From positions 19,484 through 83,483 of IMG/VR virus record IMGVR_UViG_3300013104_000004: a stretch of 64,000 nucleotides of DNA. One strand, 5' to 3'. This DNA is from a virus. The notes below the pieces were generated by a model. It had not been told where the DNA came from. It saw only the letters and a program-made list of their open reading frames with translations, and searched no databases. The stretch's first letter is position 1. Every line of letters starts with the position of its first letter. Shown piece by piece: positions 35,871 through 45,001 of this stretch. A program made the position numbers and the translations under genes.

Positions 35871-36305
35871 ATGGCTCGCCACCCGGACCCCACCACCCAG
35901 GACGTCGACGAGGTCCTCGACATCCTCGCTGGGCCGCGCGAGACGCAGCCCGGTGAGCGGGCCTGGACGCACCCGCGCAAGGGCACTCTGCACGGTGTCA
36001 TCGTGCGCGAGGATGGCGGCTGGACGACCATCCGACTGACCCGCCACCACCGCGAGGCTGACGCCGGCGAAGAGCTCACCGTGCGAACCGCCTGGCTCAC
36101 CCCGAAGGAGGCCTCGATGCCCCAGTCTTGGACGGCCGACGACATCGTCGACACCCTGCCCGCCGGCTACCGCTGGGCGACCGCGAACGAGGCCGAGCGA
36201 TGGAACGAGCACGCTGGCCGCATGGTCCAGGTGCGGCGGGGTGACGGCGACGAGACCGATCTCGCGATCAGGTCGACCCACACGAAGAAGGAGGAGGACG
36301 CGTGA
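35871..36305 (+). CDS. hypothetical protein
   Basis: GGAGG RBS; codon bias. Confidence 0.6.
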   Translation: MARHPDPTTQDVDEVLDILAGPRETQPGERAWTHPRKGTLHGVIVREDGGWTTIRLTRHHREADAGEELTVRTAWLTPKEASMPQSWTADDIVDTLPAGYRWATANEAERWNEHAGRMVQVRRGDGDETDLAIRSTHTKKEEDA

Positions 36306-36760
36306 ACGACGTCACCAAGCTGCCCCGCTGGGCGCAGCAGCGCATCGAGGTCCTGGAGCGGAACCTCGCAGCCGCGCAGGCCAAGCTTGACGCCGGCCCA
36401 GGCGCATCGAACACCTACCTGCACGCCTGGACGGACACGGGGGAGAGCGTCGGCACGCCGCTCGGGACGGACGTCTCGATTCGCTTCGAGCTGGGAAACC
36501 ACACGCACATGTTGGCCGGGCTCACGCCCGACGGGACGCTCCAGATCCAGCTGTCCGGGCGCGACGCCTCCAGCGCGTTGCAGGTGATTCCGCGCTCGTC
36601 CAATCGGGTCGAGATCCAGCCCGAGATCAACCACCATCGCGGACTGTTCGCAGCCCGCAAGGTGGCCGGGTACGAGATCGGCGACGAGTCCTGGGGCGAC
36701 ACTCTCGTCGAGGCCTACATGGACCCCGACAGGGCCATCGCCAAGCTGCCGGACGCTTGA
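36302..36760 (+). CDS. hypothetical protein
   Basis: KLPRWAQQRIEVLER...LQVIPRSSNRVEI phage motif. Confidence 0.75.
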   Translation: MNDVTKLPRWAQQRIEVLERNLAAAQAKLDAGPGASNTYLHAWTDTGESVGTPLGTDVSIRFELGNHTHMLAGLTPDGTLQIQLSGRDASSALQVIPRSSNRVEIQPEINHHRGLFAARKVAGYEIGDESWGDTLVEAYMDPDRAIAKLPDA

Positions 36761-36975
36761 TGGCGGCCGACCTGCGCAGCCCGATGGTCGTGGTCGCGAC
36801 CGACCGCCTCGACGAGCACCGTCGGCGCGTGCCCACCGCGCCGACCATCCGCCTCCGGCTGTTCACGGAGGCGGGCGCGGAGCGCGGCTGCAACCTCTCC
36901 GAGGACGAGGCGCTGGCCCTCGCGGAGCAGTTGCTCGTGTCCGTCAGACGGGCCAAGGGCAAGGACCTGCGGTGA
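36760..36975 (+). CDS. hypothetical protein
   Basis: TGATG coupling. Confidence 0.6.
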   Translation: MAADLRSPMVVVATDRLDEHRRRVPTAPTIRLRLFTEAGAERGCNLSEDEALALAEQLLVSVRRAKGKDLR

Positions 36976-37081
36976 TCGCCCAGTGGTGGCGCCGTCGCCG
37001 TCTCCTGCGACGGCTACGAGCGCTCGGGATCGAGCCCCAGGACTGGCAGCTCGAATACCTCGACCACGCGCTCCGCAAGCG

Positions 37082-37411
37082 CTAGAGGGAGCCCTTCATC
37101 AGGCCCCGAATATCGACGCCCTGGCGCCGCAGCCACGCGAGTGCTGTGGTGCCAGGGCGCTCCACAATCGCCTGCAGCGCGGGCGTGAAAGTGGCCGCGT
37201 GCGCGTGCACCATCTGGTGACAGATGTGCCCGTAGCCGCCGCCCAGTGTGACCAGGTTCGCCGGCCCATGGTTGTTCCGGTCCTGGCTCCTGAACACGAT
37301 GTGGTGCAGTGCCGCCGGGTCCGCCCAGCGGCCGCACACGCGGCACAGGCCGCGGTCTCGCTCATGCACGGCGCGGCGAGACTTCTCCGGGATGTCCGTC
37401 GACTTGGGCAT
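37082..37411 (-). CDS. HNH endonuclease
   Basis: RDRGLCRVCG...HHIVFRS...NLVTL...CHQMVH. Confidence 0.85.
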   Translation of the reverse strand: MPKSTDIPEKSRRAVHERDRGLCRVCGRWADPAALHHIVFRSQDRNNHGPANLVTLGGGYGHICHQMVHAHAATFTPALQAIVERPGTTALAWLRRQGVDIRGLMKGSL

Positions 37412-37511
37412 CAGGGCACGAGCTCGCCGGGCATGTCCGCATCGTCGATCACGACGCCCGTCTCGGGGTGCACCCAGCGGGCCCGCGGCGCGTCGTACCA
37501 GAAGTCAGCCA

Positions 37512-37778
37512 TCAGACGGCCTCGTACGTCTCCGCGAAGATGTCCGGCTTGCAGGGGTAGAACTCACCCTGGACGCCCCGGATGATCCAGTCGCCGGGCG
37601 ACGCCGTCATTACGCCCTCCAGCGTCGCGATCTGGAGGTTACGGATGTCCTGGGTCGAGACGGTCGGCGCGCGGTAGTCCTCGCCATCGACCCAGTGCAT
37701 GATCGCACCCGCCGACGTCGATGAGCCCGTGAACTGGTGTGCCTCGATCTCGACGGGCACCTTGCGGAACATCGGCAT
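37512..37778 (-). CDS. PGDYG-like phage protein
   Basis: FRKVPVEIEA...TLEGVMTASPGDWIIRGVQGEFYPCKPDIFAETYE. Confidence 0.85.
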   Translation of the reverse strand: MPMFRKVPVEIEAHQFTGSSTSAGAIMHWVDGEDYRAPTVSTQDIRNLQIATLEGVMTASPGDWIIRGVQGEFYPCKPDIFAETYEAV

Positions 37779-37943
37779 GTCTCAGTCCTCTCGTCCGCGG
37801 CGCACAGCCGCCTTCGCCTGGTGCCGCGCGCGCCGCCGCGCCGGCCTCTTCCACCCGTTGCACTCCCAGTGCTGGCAGCCGTCATCGCACGGACTCGCCG
37901 TACGACCGCCCGAGGATCCACCGGCGCCGCTCAGTGCGCGCCA

Positions 37944-38048
37944 TCAGTCGTCCTCCTCGACCAGCCAGAAGGCCGCGCGCGTGATGCCCACGGCCAGCAG
38001 CGAGTAGGTCACCAGGCCGACTGCGGCCACCGTTAGCGCGCGCTTCAT
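37944..38048 (-). CDS. small membrane protein
   Basis: MKRALTVAAVGLVTYSLLAVG...; ATG 10 nt after GTCGAT. Confidence 0.55.
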   Translation of the reverse strand: MKRALTVAAVGLVTYSLLAVGITRAAFWLVEEDD

Positions 38049-38144
38049 GCCCCCGACCATCGACCCCTGTCGCGAGGGGTCGCACGATGACACTGCAGGC
38101 ACGTGCCGACAGGCGACGAGGCGGGGCCCGTCCGCCGCGATCCC

Positions 38145-38366
38145 GTGCACCCATGGGTGCACCGAACGCTCTCAGGTGTACTCAGATGCACAGACCTGCA
38201 TCGAAAGATCCGCATGATTACGCGGATCTCGGTAAAGGCGCAGGTCAGCGATCACTCTTACGGGGGATTCAAGTCCCCCTCCGGACACTTTAGATTGGGC
38301 CCCTGACCTCGTGATATGCGAGGCAGGGGCCCTTCGTTTTACCCTGTGGGTGCACCGTGGGTGCAC
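38145..38366. mobile_element. attP: tRNA-Leu-like 3' core with arm-type sites
   Basis: TTCAAGTCCCCCTCCGGACAC (38268-38288) is a tRNA T-loop/acceptor 3' end; (G/A)TGGGTGCAC repeats at 38145-38162, 38346-38355 and 38357-38366; adjacent to the integrase. Confidence 0.8.
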
Positions 38367-38411
38367 GGTCAGGGGCGCGGAGGGCTCTCCGGACGTACGA
38401 GGGGAGCCGAA

Positions 38412-39698
38412 GTGGCACGCATCGAGGAACGCAAGCGGGCTGACGGCGGCATCAGCTACCGCGTGTGGTGGCGGCTCGGAGGGACCCGAGATGGCGCACC
38501 CCAGACCGAGACCTTCACCACCCCCGAGCGCGCCGCGTCGTTCAAGCTCGACGTCGAAGACGCCGGCCAGCGATGGCCGCAGGGCTGGGTCAAGGGCTAC
38601 GGCTACCGCCAAGTCGACCCCAGCACACCGACCCTGAGCGACGTCGCCAACTCCTACTTCGACCGCCAGGAGCAGCGCGTCAAACTCAACAAGCTCACCG
38701 CCTACACGCTCCAGCGCTACCGCCGGAACTGGGAGCTCCACCTGGAGCCCGTGCTCGGCGACATCCTCTTCGCCGAACTCACCGACGACGACGTCGCCAA
38801 CCTCGTCGACGAGCTCGCGAGCGACTACTCCGCGAAGAGCATCCGCAACTGGCACGGGACGCTCTTCTCCATCGCCCAGCACGGCGCCGTCAAGAAGAAG
38901 CTCCGGCCCGACAACCCGTGCGTCGGCACCGACCTTCCGGACCCCGTCGACCTGAAGCAGGTGCGCTTCTTCCAGCACGGCGAGTGGGCCCTCTTCCGGG
39001 CCAACCTGAAGGCCGACGTGCACCTGCTCGTCGACCTCATGCTGTCGACCGGGATGCGCTGGGGTGAGGCGTCCGCGCTGCGCTGGAGCGACCTCGCCGA
39101 GGGCCAGGACGGCACCGTTGTCGTGCACATCGAGCGCGCCTGGCAGGCCCGCGGCGAGAAGGACGACGCGCCCATCAAGGACGGCGTCGGCGAGACCAAG
39201 AAGTGGAAGCTCGGACCGCCCAAGGGCCGCAAGGAGCGGTGGGTCGTCGCACCTGCCGACGTGGCCGCGCGCCTCGCCGCGAGCGCCGAGGGGAAGCGTC
39301 CCAGCGACTACGTCTTCACCACGCGCTATGGCAACCCCTGGCGGCACACGGACTTCCACTCCGACCGCTGGCTGCCGGCGGCCAAGGCGGTCCAGAAGAC
39401 CGGCCTCGCGAAGCGCTTCACGCCGCACATGCTGCGCCACACCGCCGTCGTGTGGGCACTGGCCGAGGGCGTCAAGATCGAGGTCGTCTCCGAGATGCTC
39501 GGGCACGCCAGCATCCAGATCACCTACGACGTCTACGGCGGGCTCGTCGACAAGAAGACCCCCGAGATGGCCCAGGCCGTGGCGCGCGGCATGCTCCTCG
39601 CGCAGCAGTCCATCGTGCCGCTACCCAGCCCCGAAGAGGTCGAAGCGCGCGTCATCCGTCCCGGCCTCCGCGGCGAGTCCCGGCGCCGCGCCAGCTGA
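38412..39698 (+). CDS. int: tyrosine integrase
   Basis: TGMRWGEASALRWSD, PKG, HMLRH, LGHASIQITYDVY. Confidence 0.95.
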   Translation: MARIEERKRADGGISYRVWWRLGGTRDGAPQTETFTTPERAASFKLDVEDAGQRWPQGWVKGYGYRQVDPSTPTLSDVANSYFDRQEQRVKLNKLTAYTLQRYRRNWELHLEPVLGDILFAELTDDDVANLVDELASDYSAKSIRNWHGTLFSIAQHGAVKKKLRPDNPCVGTDLPDPVDLKQVRFFQHGEWALFRANLKADVHLLVDLMLSTGMRWGEASALRWSDLAEGQDGTVVVHIERAWQARGEKDDAPIKDGVGETKKWKLGPPKGRKERWVVAPADVAARLAASAEGKRPSDYVFTTRYGNPWRHTDFHSDRWLPAAKAVQKTGLAKRFTPHMLRHTAVVWALAEGVKIEVVSEMLGHASIQITYDVYGGLVDKKTPEMAQAVARGMLLAQQSIVPLPSPEEVEARVIRPGLRGESRRRAS

Positions 39699-39712
39699 CC
39701 CCAGGCACACAG

Positions 39713-39748
39713 GAAGGGCCCCCTCGGATCTCTCCGTGGGGGCCCTTC
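39713..39748. terminator. terminator between convergent int and xis
   Basis: GAAGGGCCCCC/GGGGGCCCTTC. Confidence 0.65.
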
Positions 39749-39806
39749 GTCCGCTGTCTCAACGGCCTGTCTCGACGCGCCCAGCGCGCCGAAGTCGAGA
39801 AGCAGT

Positions 39807-40067
39807 CTACAGCCGGGAGCGTGCCGTGCTGCGCTCGCGCTCCGCCACCTTCGGCTGCTGCTCGCCGGCCGCGATGATCGCGTCGATGTGCGCCTGCGTG
39901 AAGCGCACCTGCTTGCCGATCTTCGTGAACGGCACCGCGCGCGCCGCCACCTTCTTCCGCAGCCACGACTCCGAGATCGTCAGCACCGCGGCCGCCTCCT
40001 CCATCGTCAGCAGGCGCGGACGGGGGAGCGCGTCGTTACCCTTCGCGTTGGCCGGATTCAGGTTCAT
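39807..40067 (-). CDS. xis: excisionase-like HTH_17 protein
   Basis: LLTMEEAAAVLTISESWLR...VPFTKIGKQVRF; next to the integrase. Confidence 0.75.
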   Translation of the reverse strand: MNLNPANAKGNDALPRPRLLTMEEAAAVLTISESWLRKKVAARAVPFTKIGKQVRFTQAHIDAIIAAGEQQPKVAERERSTARSRL

Positions 40068-40273
40068 ACGTCCGCCCCTCGGTGCTTCAGTAGCGCGGTC
40101 AGCGCCGCCACCCGGCGAGCCGCGGTGGACTGCTGCTCCCCGGCCTTCTTTAAGCGCAGCTGCAGCTCGTCCGTGCGCAGATCCGCGTAGCCGCGGATCT
40201 CCCCGCGCAGGCGCCGCTCACGGGCGTAGGTCGCCTCAGTGCTGTCGGCGTACCGCTCGGTGTACGTGGGCAT
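40064..40273 (-). CDS. hypothetical protein
   Basis: coupled operon. Confidence 0.65.
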   Translation of the reverse strand: MPTYTERYADSTEATYARERRLRGEIRGYADLRTDELQLRLKKAGEQQSTAARRVAALTALLKHRGADV

Positions 40274-40470
40274 CAGCCGACCTCCTTCCAGTCCGTTGTC
40301 GTGCGCAGAATCCGCACCGTGGCGCCGGGGTGCTGGGCCAGCACCGCACGCTTGCGCTCCATCGCGTGGTCGAGCGACGTGAACTTCCCGCCGCCCTTCT
40401 CGCGGTAGCGGAGGCCGTCCCCGGGGGCCGTGTGGACCTCGACGTAGAGCAGCTCCTTCGGGGCGGTCAC
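40273..40470 (-). CDS. hypothetical protein
   Basis: coupled operon. Confidence 0.65.
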   Translation of the reverse strand: MTAPKELLYVEVHTAPGDGLRYREKGGGKFTSLDHAMERKRAVLAQHPGATVRILRTTTDWKEVG

Positions 40471-40724
40471 GGCTCCACCGCGCGCACGTCTGTCACCTGG
40501 ATATCGACGCACTCGCTGACGAGCGCCTGGTCCAGCGTGAGGTCCCAGAGGTGGTCCTCGATGCTCTTCCTGTCGGCGAGCAGGTAGGCGCGCATCATGG
40601 CGTCAGAGTCCTTCTCCCGGCCGAGCCAGGTGAAGTACTCCGCGAGGTCCAGCTCGACCTCCACGTTCCACTGCTCGGCCGTCTCGAACGTGACCTTGAC
40701 GGTTCGCTTTCCGGGGGCGGTCAT
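40467..40724 (-). CDS. hypothetical protein
   Basis: coupled operon. Confidence 0.65.
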   Translation of the reverse strand: MTAPGKRTVKVTFETAEQWNVEVELDLAEYFTWLGREKDSDAMMRAYLLADRKSIEDHLWDLTLDQALVSECVDIQVTDVRAVEP

Positions 40725-40924
40725 CGGTCGACCGACAGGGACAGGGTCAGGGTCGACGTCCCGGGGTCGAGCTGGTGGCCGCCGTGGTCGACACGCAGCG
40801 CCACCCGGGCATCCACCGAGACTCCGGCCTTCTCGCCAGCGTCAACGAGCGCCACCAGATCGCCGAACGCGAAGGCGCTCGTCGTCCCGGTGACCGTCAC
40901 CGTCTGCGTGATCTTGGCGGCCAT
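40721..40924 (-). CDS. hypothetical protein
   Basis: coupled operon. Confidence 0.65.
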   Translation of the reverse strand: MAAKITQTVTVTGTTSAFAFGDLVALVDAGEKAGVSVDARVALRVDHGGHQLDPGTSTLTLSLSVDR

Positions 40925-41262
40925 CAGCGGTTGTCCCCGCTGCCCTGCAGGACGTTCCGGTTCTTGCGGTCGTACAGCTTCGCGAGGTTCGCCTCGGCGA
41001 TGTTCTCCAGCGGGTACTGGAGCTCCTCCGCCGTGCGCGCGACGTACCAGAGCAGGTCGCCCAGCTCGGCCGCGATCGCCTCGCGCTTCTCGGCGGAGAC
41101 GAAGCCCGCGTCGTCGCGGAGGATCTTCTTGATCTTGCCCTGGACCTCGCCGGCCTCACCCAGCCCGAGGCCAACGTAGGCCAGTGCCATGGCGGAGCCG
41201 GTGCCCGCCTCGGGGTAGATGGCGGTCGCGTGGATCGCCGTCTGGTAGTCGTTGAAACGCAT
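40924..41262 (-). CDS. MazG-like nucleotide pyrophosphohydrolase
   Basis: FNDYQ...GLGEAGEV..KIKK...ELGDLLWYVA...NLAKL..R...GSGDNR. Confidence 0.9.
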   Translation of the reverse strand: MRFNDYQTAIHATAIYPEAGTGSAMALAYVGLGLGEAGEVQGKIKKILRDDAGFVSAEKREAIAAELGDLLWYVARTAEELQYPLENIAEANLAKLYDRKNRNVLQGSGDNR

Positions 41263-41275
41263 CGTGCTCGTCCTC

Positions 41276-41926
41276 TCAGAACGGGTTCTCGCTGACGGCC
41301 TCGATGGCCGCCACGCGCTCGTCGGTGTCTTCCTTGCGGACCCACGGGAGCCGCACCGCGGTGAACTTCCTCGCGAGCGACGCGCTCACGTAGCCGTCCT
41401 CCAGCAGCCCCGCGTTGCCCATCGCCTGGAGCACCGCGGCGTACTGCTCCCAGGTCATCTCGTGGTCCACGTAGAGGTGGAAGTGGCCCGGTGTCGACGA
41501 CGGCACGAGGCGCGCCGGCAGGTCCAGGTCGATCACGACCTTGTGCGCCTCCCACGACGCGCTGAGACCCCGCGCGGTCATGCTCTGGCCCTTGTCGACG
41601 CGGGACGTGGTGACGTGCGCCTTGGCGGCCTCGGTCGTGTCGAACCGGCCCGCCGCGGCGTCGTAGCTGTCGAACACGTCGACCGTCTGCAGCACCTGCC
41701 CACGCAACGGCAGGAGCCCACGCTTCTCGTACGGCTTCGGGCTGCGCAGGGCGCGCTTCGCGTACTCCCGCAGCGCCGCGTCGAGCAGATCATGCGCCAG
41801 GTCGAGCGACGCGGAAGAGTCGGCCGTCAGGCGGCCGTCGTTGTTCTCGATCCGTCCACCCATCTCGATGATCCGGGAGTACAGCTCGTCGTCCGTCAGT
41901 AGCGCGGCACCGTGCTCGTAGCCCAT
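41276..41926 (-). CDS. hypothetical protein
   Basis: HKVVIDLD...LVPSSTPGHFHLYVD (possibly primase/polymerase-like residues). Confidence 0.7.
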   Translation of the reverse strand: MGYEHGAALLTDDELYSRIIEMGGRIENNDGRLTADSSASLDLAHDLLDAALREYAKRALRSPKPYEKRGLLPLRGQVLQTVDVFDSYDAAAGRFDTTEAAKAHVTTSRVDKGQSMTARGLSASWEAHKVVIDLDLPARLVPSSTPGHFHLYVDHEMTWEQYAAVLQAMGNAGLLEDGYVSASLARKFTAVRLPWVRKEDTDERVAAIEAVSENPF

Positions 41927-42360
41927 CAGACCCGCCTCCCTGCCAGGCCGTCCAGCCACTCGGCGATGTCGGCCGCGACGTGCGGGTACTCCCCGCCGAC
42001 GAGGTCCTGGTACGTCTCCAGCGCCCCGCGGGCGTGGATGTCGTGCTCGGGGTCGAGCACAAAGAAGCGGCAGTCGGCGTGCCGGCCGGACGGGTCGTTG
42101 CGGCGCTTCACGTCATACTTCGCGTAGATGCCGCGGTCGCTGTCCGGGCGCGGGTCCTTGGCCTCGATGTCGACCAGGTCGACGAGGTTGCCCGTGCCGA
42201 TCGTCTCGGCGAGGAAGGTCGCCGCCTTGTAGACGGTCCGCCCGTACCGACGCACTCCGTTCGCCGGCAGAGCCCAACGCTCCCGGTCCTTCTCGTACTG
42301 CTCCAGATCGTCGTACTCGATCTCGATGATGCGCATCACGCGCACGCGGTCGGTCGCCAT
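41926..42360 (-). CDS. hypothetical phage protein
   Basis: GIYAKYDVKR...FFVLD..HDIHA..ALETY motif. Confidence 0.75.
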   Translation of the reverse strand: MATDRVRVMRIIEIEYDDLEQYEKDRERWALPANGVRRYGRTVYKAATFLAETIGTGNLVDLVDIEAKDPRPDSDRGIYAKYDVKRRNDPSGRHADCRFFVLDPEHDIHARGALETYQDLVGGEYPHVAADIAEWLDGLAGRRV

Positions 42361-42466
42361 CAGCGGTGCCCCTTCATCTGGTTGAGCACCTCGGCGCCGA
42401 TGAAGAAGGTCCAGAACGCCACCACGTAGATCAGGCACGCGAACGCGCGCCGCAGCTCCTTGCCCA

Positions 42467-42712
42467 TCAATCCTCCTCCTGCCCCTCGCGGGGCTGCCGC
42501 TTGTAGTTCCGCTCGATCTCCCAGGCGAAGTCCTGGAGCCTGTCCACGAGCTCGCGGGCGTCCGGCCCGAACTCCTCGTGCTCGAACGAGATGAGGAAGG
42601 ACCGGGCCATGGACAGGTCCTTCCGGTCGTCGCTGGCGAACGTCGCCATCAACTCGATGCCGCCCTCGGCGATCTGCAGGCTCAGCACCTGCGCAGGCTG
42701 GTTCTCGTCCAT
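42467..42712 (-). CDS. hypothetical protein
   Basis: coupled operon. Confidence 0.65.
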   Translation of the reverse strand: MDENQPAQVLSLQIAEGGIELMATFASDDRKDLSMARSFLISFEHEEFGPDARELVDRLQDFAWEIERNYKRQPREGQEED

Positions 42713-43017
42713 CACGCACTCACTTTCTGGCCGGTCCTGAACTGGAGCCGGAGCCCGTTGATGTAGCCCTGCCGCTGCTTCGCCGGGAGCCGCGCGCGGT
42801 CTCCCTCCGTCATGCCGCCCCAGACCCCCTGGGCCTCCTCGTGGTTCACGAGGGACTCCAGGAGGCAGGACTGGACGAAGGGGCAGCGCGCGCGGCACAC
42901 GGCCGCCGCCTGTGCCTGTCGCGCGGCGTTCGGGTCGTGCCACAGCTCCGGGTCGTTCTGGCAGACCTGCGAGCCGTCGGTCTGCGCGATCCACTCCCAG
43001 TCGTGGTCGCGCCTCAC
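42712..43017 (-). CDS. whiB: WhiB-family transcription factor
   Basis: C..DPELW...VCRARCPFVQSCL...GVWGGMT. Confidence 0.88.
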   Translation of the reverse strand: MRRDHDWEWIAQTDGSQVCQNDPELWHDPNAARQAQAAAVCRARCPFVQSCLLESLVNHEEAQGVWGGMTEGDRARLPAKQRQGYINGLRLQFRTGQKVSA

Positions 43018-43595
43018 GCCGTAGGCCACGTGACGCCCCCCATCGCCTGGAGGTTCACCTGGGGGAGCGAAGCCTCCAGCGGGACGTCGTACTGCCGAGC
43101 GCCCATGGCCGCGATGACGAGCGCGTCCGCGACGTCGTTGCCCGTCACGTCGGCGTCGATGTAGCGGCGGATCACCGCGGCCAGGACCTCGTCCTTCTGC
43201 GAGTTGCCCTTGCCGGTCGCGTACTTCATGCGGCCACCAGGGGTGACGACGTAGAACGGCACGCCCCACTGCCACAGCTGGTGCGTGATGATGCCCCAGA
43301 GGCCGAAGATCTGGACGACCGACGAGCCCTTCGCGCCCATGGCCGTGCCCTCGATGCCGACGATCAGGTCGGCCGGCGCGCCCTCGTCCGCGCATGCCGA
43401 GGACGTCGGCTCGTAGCCCATCTCGTGGCCGCGGCGACCGCCCCAGATCGCCCGCTCGATCTCGTCGAGGATGTTCTGGACGCGCTGCGCGCCCACCTGC
43501 TTCGAGCGCACCCGCTTCGTCTCCACGACCCGCCCCCCCTCCACCAGCACGAGGCCGGTGGAGGTGAGGCTCGGGTCGATCCCGAGGACGCGCAT
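43014..43595 (-). CDS. ruvC: RuvC-like resolvase
   Basis: MRVLGIDPSLTSTG...IEG...ATGKGNSQKDEV...NDVADALVIA. Confidence 0.88.
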   Translation of the reverse strand: MRVLGIDPSLTSTGLVLVEGGRVVETKRVRSKQVGAQRVQNILDEIERAIWGGRRGHEMGYEPTSSACADEGAPADLIVGIEGTAMGAKGSSVVQIFGLWGIITHQLWQWGVPFYVVTPGGRMKYATGKGNSQKDEVLAAVIRRYIDADVTGNDVADALVIAAMGARQYDVPLEASLPQVNLQAMGGVTWPTA

Positions 43596-43816
43596 CAGAA
43601 CTGCACCTCCGCGACTGCGGTCGGGACGAACGCCGTGTCGGCGAGCTGGATCTGCACGCGCACGGCGTGCTGGTTCGGCCCGATCGTCTCGGGCCGGGTC
43701 TTGCGCATCGCAACGATGTGCATCTCGGTCATGCGGCGCGAATCGCGCCAGTGACGGCGCCGGCCCTCGACGACCGCCCACATCTCCGCCTGGAGCATCC
43801 CGTCGTCGTCAGGCAC
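43595..43816 (-). CDS. hypothetical protein
   Basis: coupled operon. Confidence 0.65.
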   Translation of the reverse strand: MPDDDGMLQAEMWAVVEGRRRHWRDSRRMTEMHIVAMRKTRPETIGPNQHAVRVQIQLADTAFVPTAVAEVQF

Positions 43817-44159
43817 GGATGATCCCGATGTCGTTGGGGTCCGTCGGGTCGAACGGCACGAAGCCGGCCGAGATCGCCTTGACCGTCTGCTCGCGCTGCA
43901 GCTGGCCGTTCTTGTCGACGTAGTGCTTCACCGAGGTGACGCGCGCCTCGACCACGATCCGCACCCGGTCGTCGGTGCCGAGCACCAGGCCGTTGACGTC
44001 GTCGATCGACGCCAGACCGGTGAACTTCACCTCGGTGCCGGCGACCTCCTTGCCCTCGAACTTCGGGATCTCGGGCGCCGGGTCGGGCTCGCCGTAGGGC
44101 TCGTCGACCTCGTCCTCCAGCTCGAAGGGAGGGACCTCGTCGGTGGGGTTGATGCTCAT
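43809..44159 (-). CDS. hypothetical protein
   Basis: GAAGGA RBS; acidic. Confidence 0.75.
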   Translation of the reverse strand: MSINPTDEVPPFELEDEVDEPYGEPDPAPEIPKFEGKEVAGTEVKFTGLASIDDVNGLVLGTDDRVRIVVEARVTSVKHYVDKNGQLQREQTVKAISAGFVPFDPTDPNDIGIIRA

Positions 44160-44494
44160 GGTGTTCCTTCCTGGGGGTCAAACGGATGGGTTCGGTGGCA
44201 GCGGGGGCAGACCCACCAGGGGTCCGTCCCGCCGAGTCGGTAGAACGCCAGCTGGTCCGGTCGGGCCGGCGCCGCGAAGTCGCGACAGCAGCTGCTCGGC
44301 AGCCGCGTAGTTCGCCACAGGGCCCACTCGGTCCCGTGGCGGCACGAGCCGCAGGTGCCGTTCTCCAGCGGGCTGCTGCAGCCGTCCTCGTAGCGGTGGC
44401 CGCACTTCAGGCACCGGTGCGCGTGCCAGCCCTTCAGCGTCGGCAGGGCGGCGTGCGTAGAGCTCGCAGCCTTCGGCTTCCACTTGTGGCTCAC
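44156..44494 (-). CDS. Cys-rich zinc-finger protein
   Basis: CLKC, CGSC, CC, CPRC; start uncertain. Confidence 0.6.
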   Translation of the reverse strand: MSHKWKPKAASSTHAALPTLKGWHAHRCLKCGHRYEDGCSSPLENGTCGSCRHGTEWALWRTTRLPSSCCRDFAAPARPDQLAFYRLGGTDPWWVCPRCHRTHPFDPQEGTP

Positions 44495-44557
44495 GGATCT
44501 CCTCGCCGTACATTCGGCACCAGCTGGCCTCGGTCAGGAACGCGCAGTCGGTGCACG

Positions 44558-45001
44558 TCAGGGGCTTGGCGCCCGGGAACTGGAGGAGGACTCCCACTCG
44601 CGGTACACCTCCGCTCGCGCGCCACCGGCGGCACGGATGAGACGGTCGAGCCAGACACTGTCGGGCTTCTCGGCCTCGATGGCGACGGCCTGCGCAATGA
44701 GCGCCTCGACGTCGCGGACGGCCTCGGTGGCGCGCTCAGCACGTGCCCACTTCGTCGCGTCCCCGATGTGCTTGTAGAGCCATGAGGAGTGCCGCACGTC
44801 GATGCCCTTGGCCCGGCAGTACTCGATGGCGTCCATCAGCTCCTGCGTGGTGACCTTCCGGCTCTCGCGCAACCGCTTCAGTGCCCCGACCTCGCCGACG
44901 CGCCACATGGTCCAGGTCTTCGTGCTGGTCTCGGGGTCGTAGTCGCCGACGCCGAACACCTCGTGCAGCCGGTTCCAGACCTGCCCGTCAGTCGCGGCCA
45001 T
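44558..45001 (-). CDS. hypothetical protein
   Basis: codon bias; part of the operon. Confidence 0.7.
   Translation of the reverse strand: MAATDGQVWNRLHEVFGVGDYDPETSTKTWTMWRVGEVGALKRLRESRKVTTQELMDAIEYCRAKGIDVRHSSWLYKHIGDATKWARAERATEAVRDVEALIAQAVAIEAEKPDSVWLDRLIRAAGGARAEVYREWESSSSSRAPSP

Noticed and set aside
38255-38290. tRNA gene
   Set aside because: Only the T-arm and 3' acceptor strand are present, with no D or anticodon arm; interpreted as the attP core
44178-44597. Cys-motif ORF MGVLLQFPGAKPLTCTDC... overlapping 44156..44494
   Set aside because: The first ~55 aa look real but the remainder overlaps another plausible gene; could not be resolved, so it is not listed as a feature
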